From: Octopus sinensis
Lineage: Eukaryota
Length of the DNA: 64,000 nt
Reading direction: 5' to 3'
Assembly (NCBI RefSeq): GCF_006345805.1
Contig: NW_021834370.1
Location: 1-64,000, forward strand
Of this stretch, positions 63,956 through 64,000 are shown one piece after another (within the stretch, counting starts at the first letter, position 1; each line of letters opens with the position of its first letter). The position numbers were made by a program, and so were the translations under genes. The notes beneath the pieces are model-generated. The model was not told the DNA's origin and searched no databases. It worked only from the letters and a program-made list of their open reading frames with translations.

Positions 63956-64000
63956 GTGTCTTTTTATAGTTTTTGCTTTCATCGGCAATCACCATCATCA

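Overview
AT-rich, microsatellite-dense animal genomic DNA; the repeat repertoire looks like octopus (inference). The whole window lies inside one + strand gene. I reconstructed 19 GT-AG exons (1609..~63955, about 3.3 kb of CDS, about 1,100 codons, all 18 junctions phase-compatible). They encode [partial LamG]-EGF-LamG-LamG-EGF-fibrinogen-like-LamG-EGF-[partial LamG], a neurexin-superfamily adhesion protein that fits axotactin best; the start and stop lie outside the window. The introns hold several tRNA-derived SINE families, 3' fragments of RTE, CR1, R4/Dong-like and HERO-like LINEs, mariner/Tc1 relics, TTAA-flanked piggyBac-type MITEs, tandem arrays and long palindromes in (TA)n. Most supplied ORFs are microsatellite or SINE artefacts. 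The most interesting signals are: (1) a hammerhead-like core in an unusual pseudoknotted order in the HERO-like 3' UTR; (2) minimal hammerhead motifs in (TA)n-embedded elements; (3) a 100-bp satellite built from a MITE end, with an inverted copy that brackets exons 4-5; (4) retro-insertions with 69- and 79-bp target duplications; (5) a tail-less SINE whose ends pair like a tRNA acceptor stem. All calls were made by eye, with no searches or folding runs.
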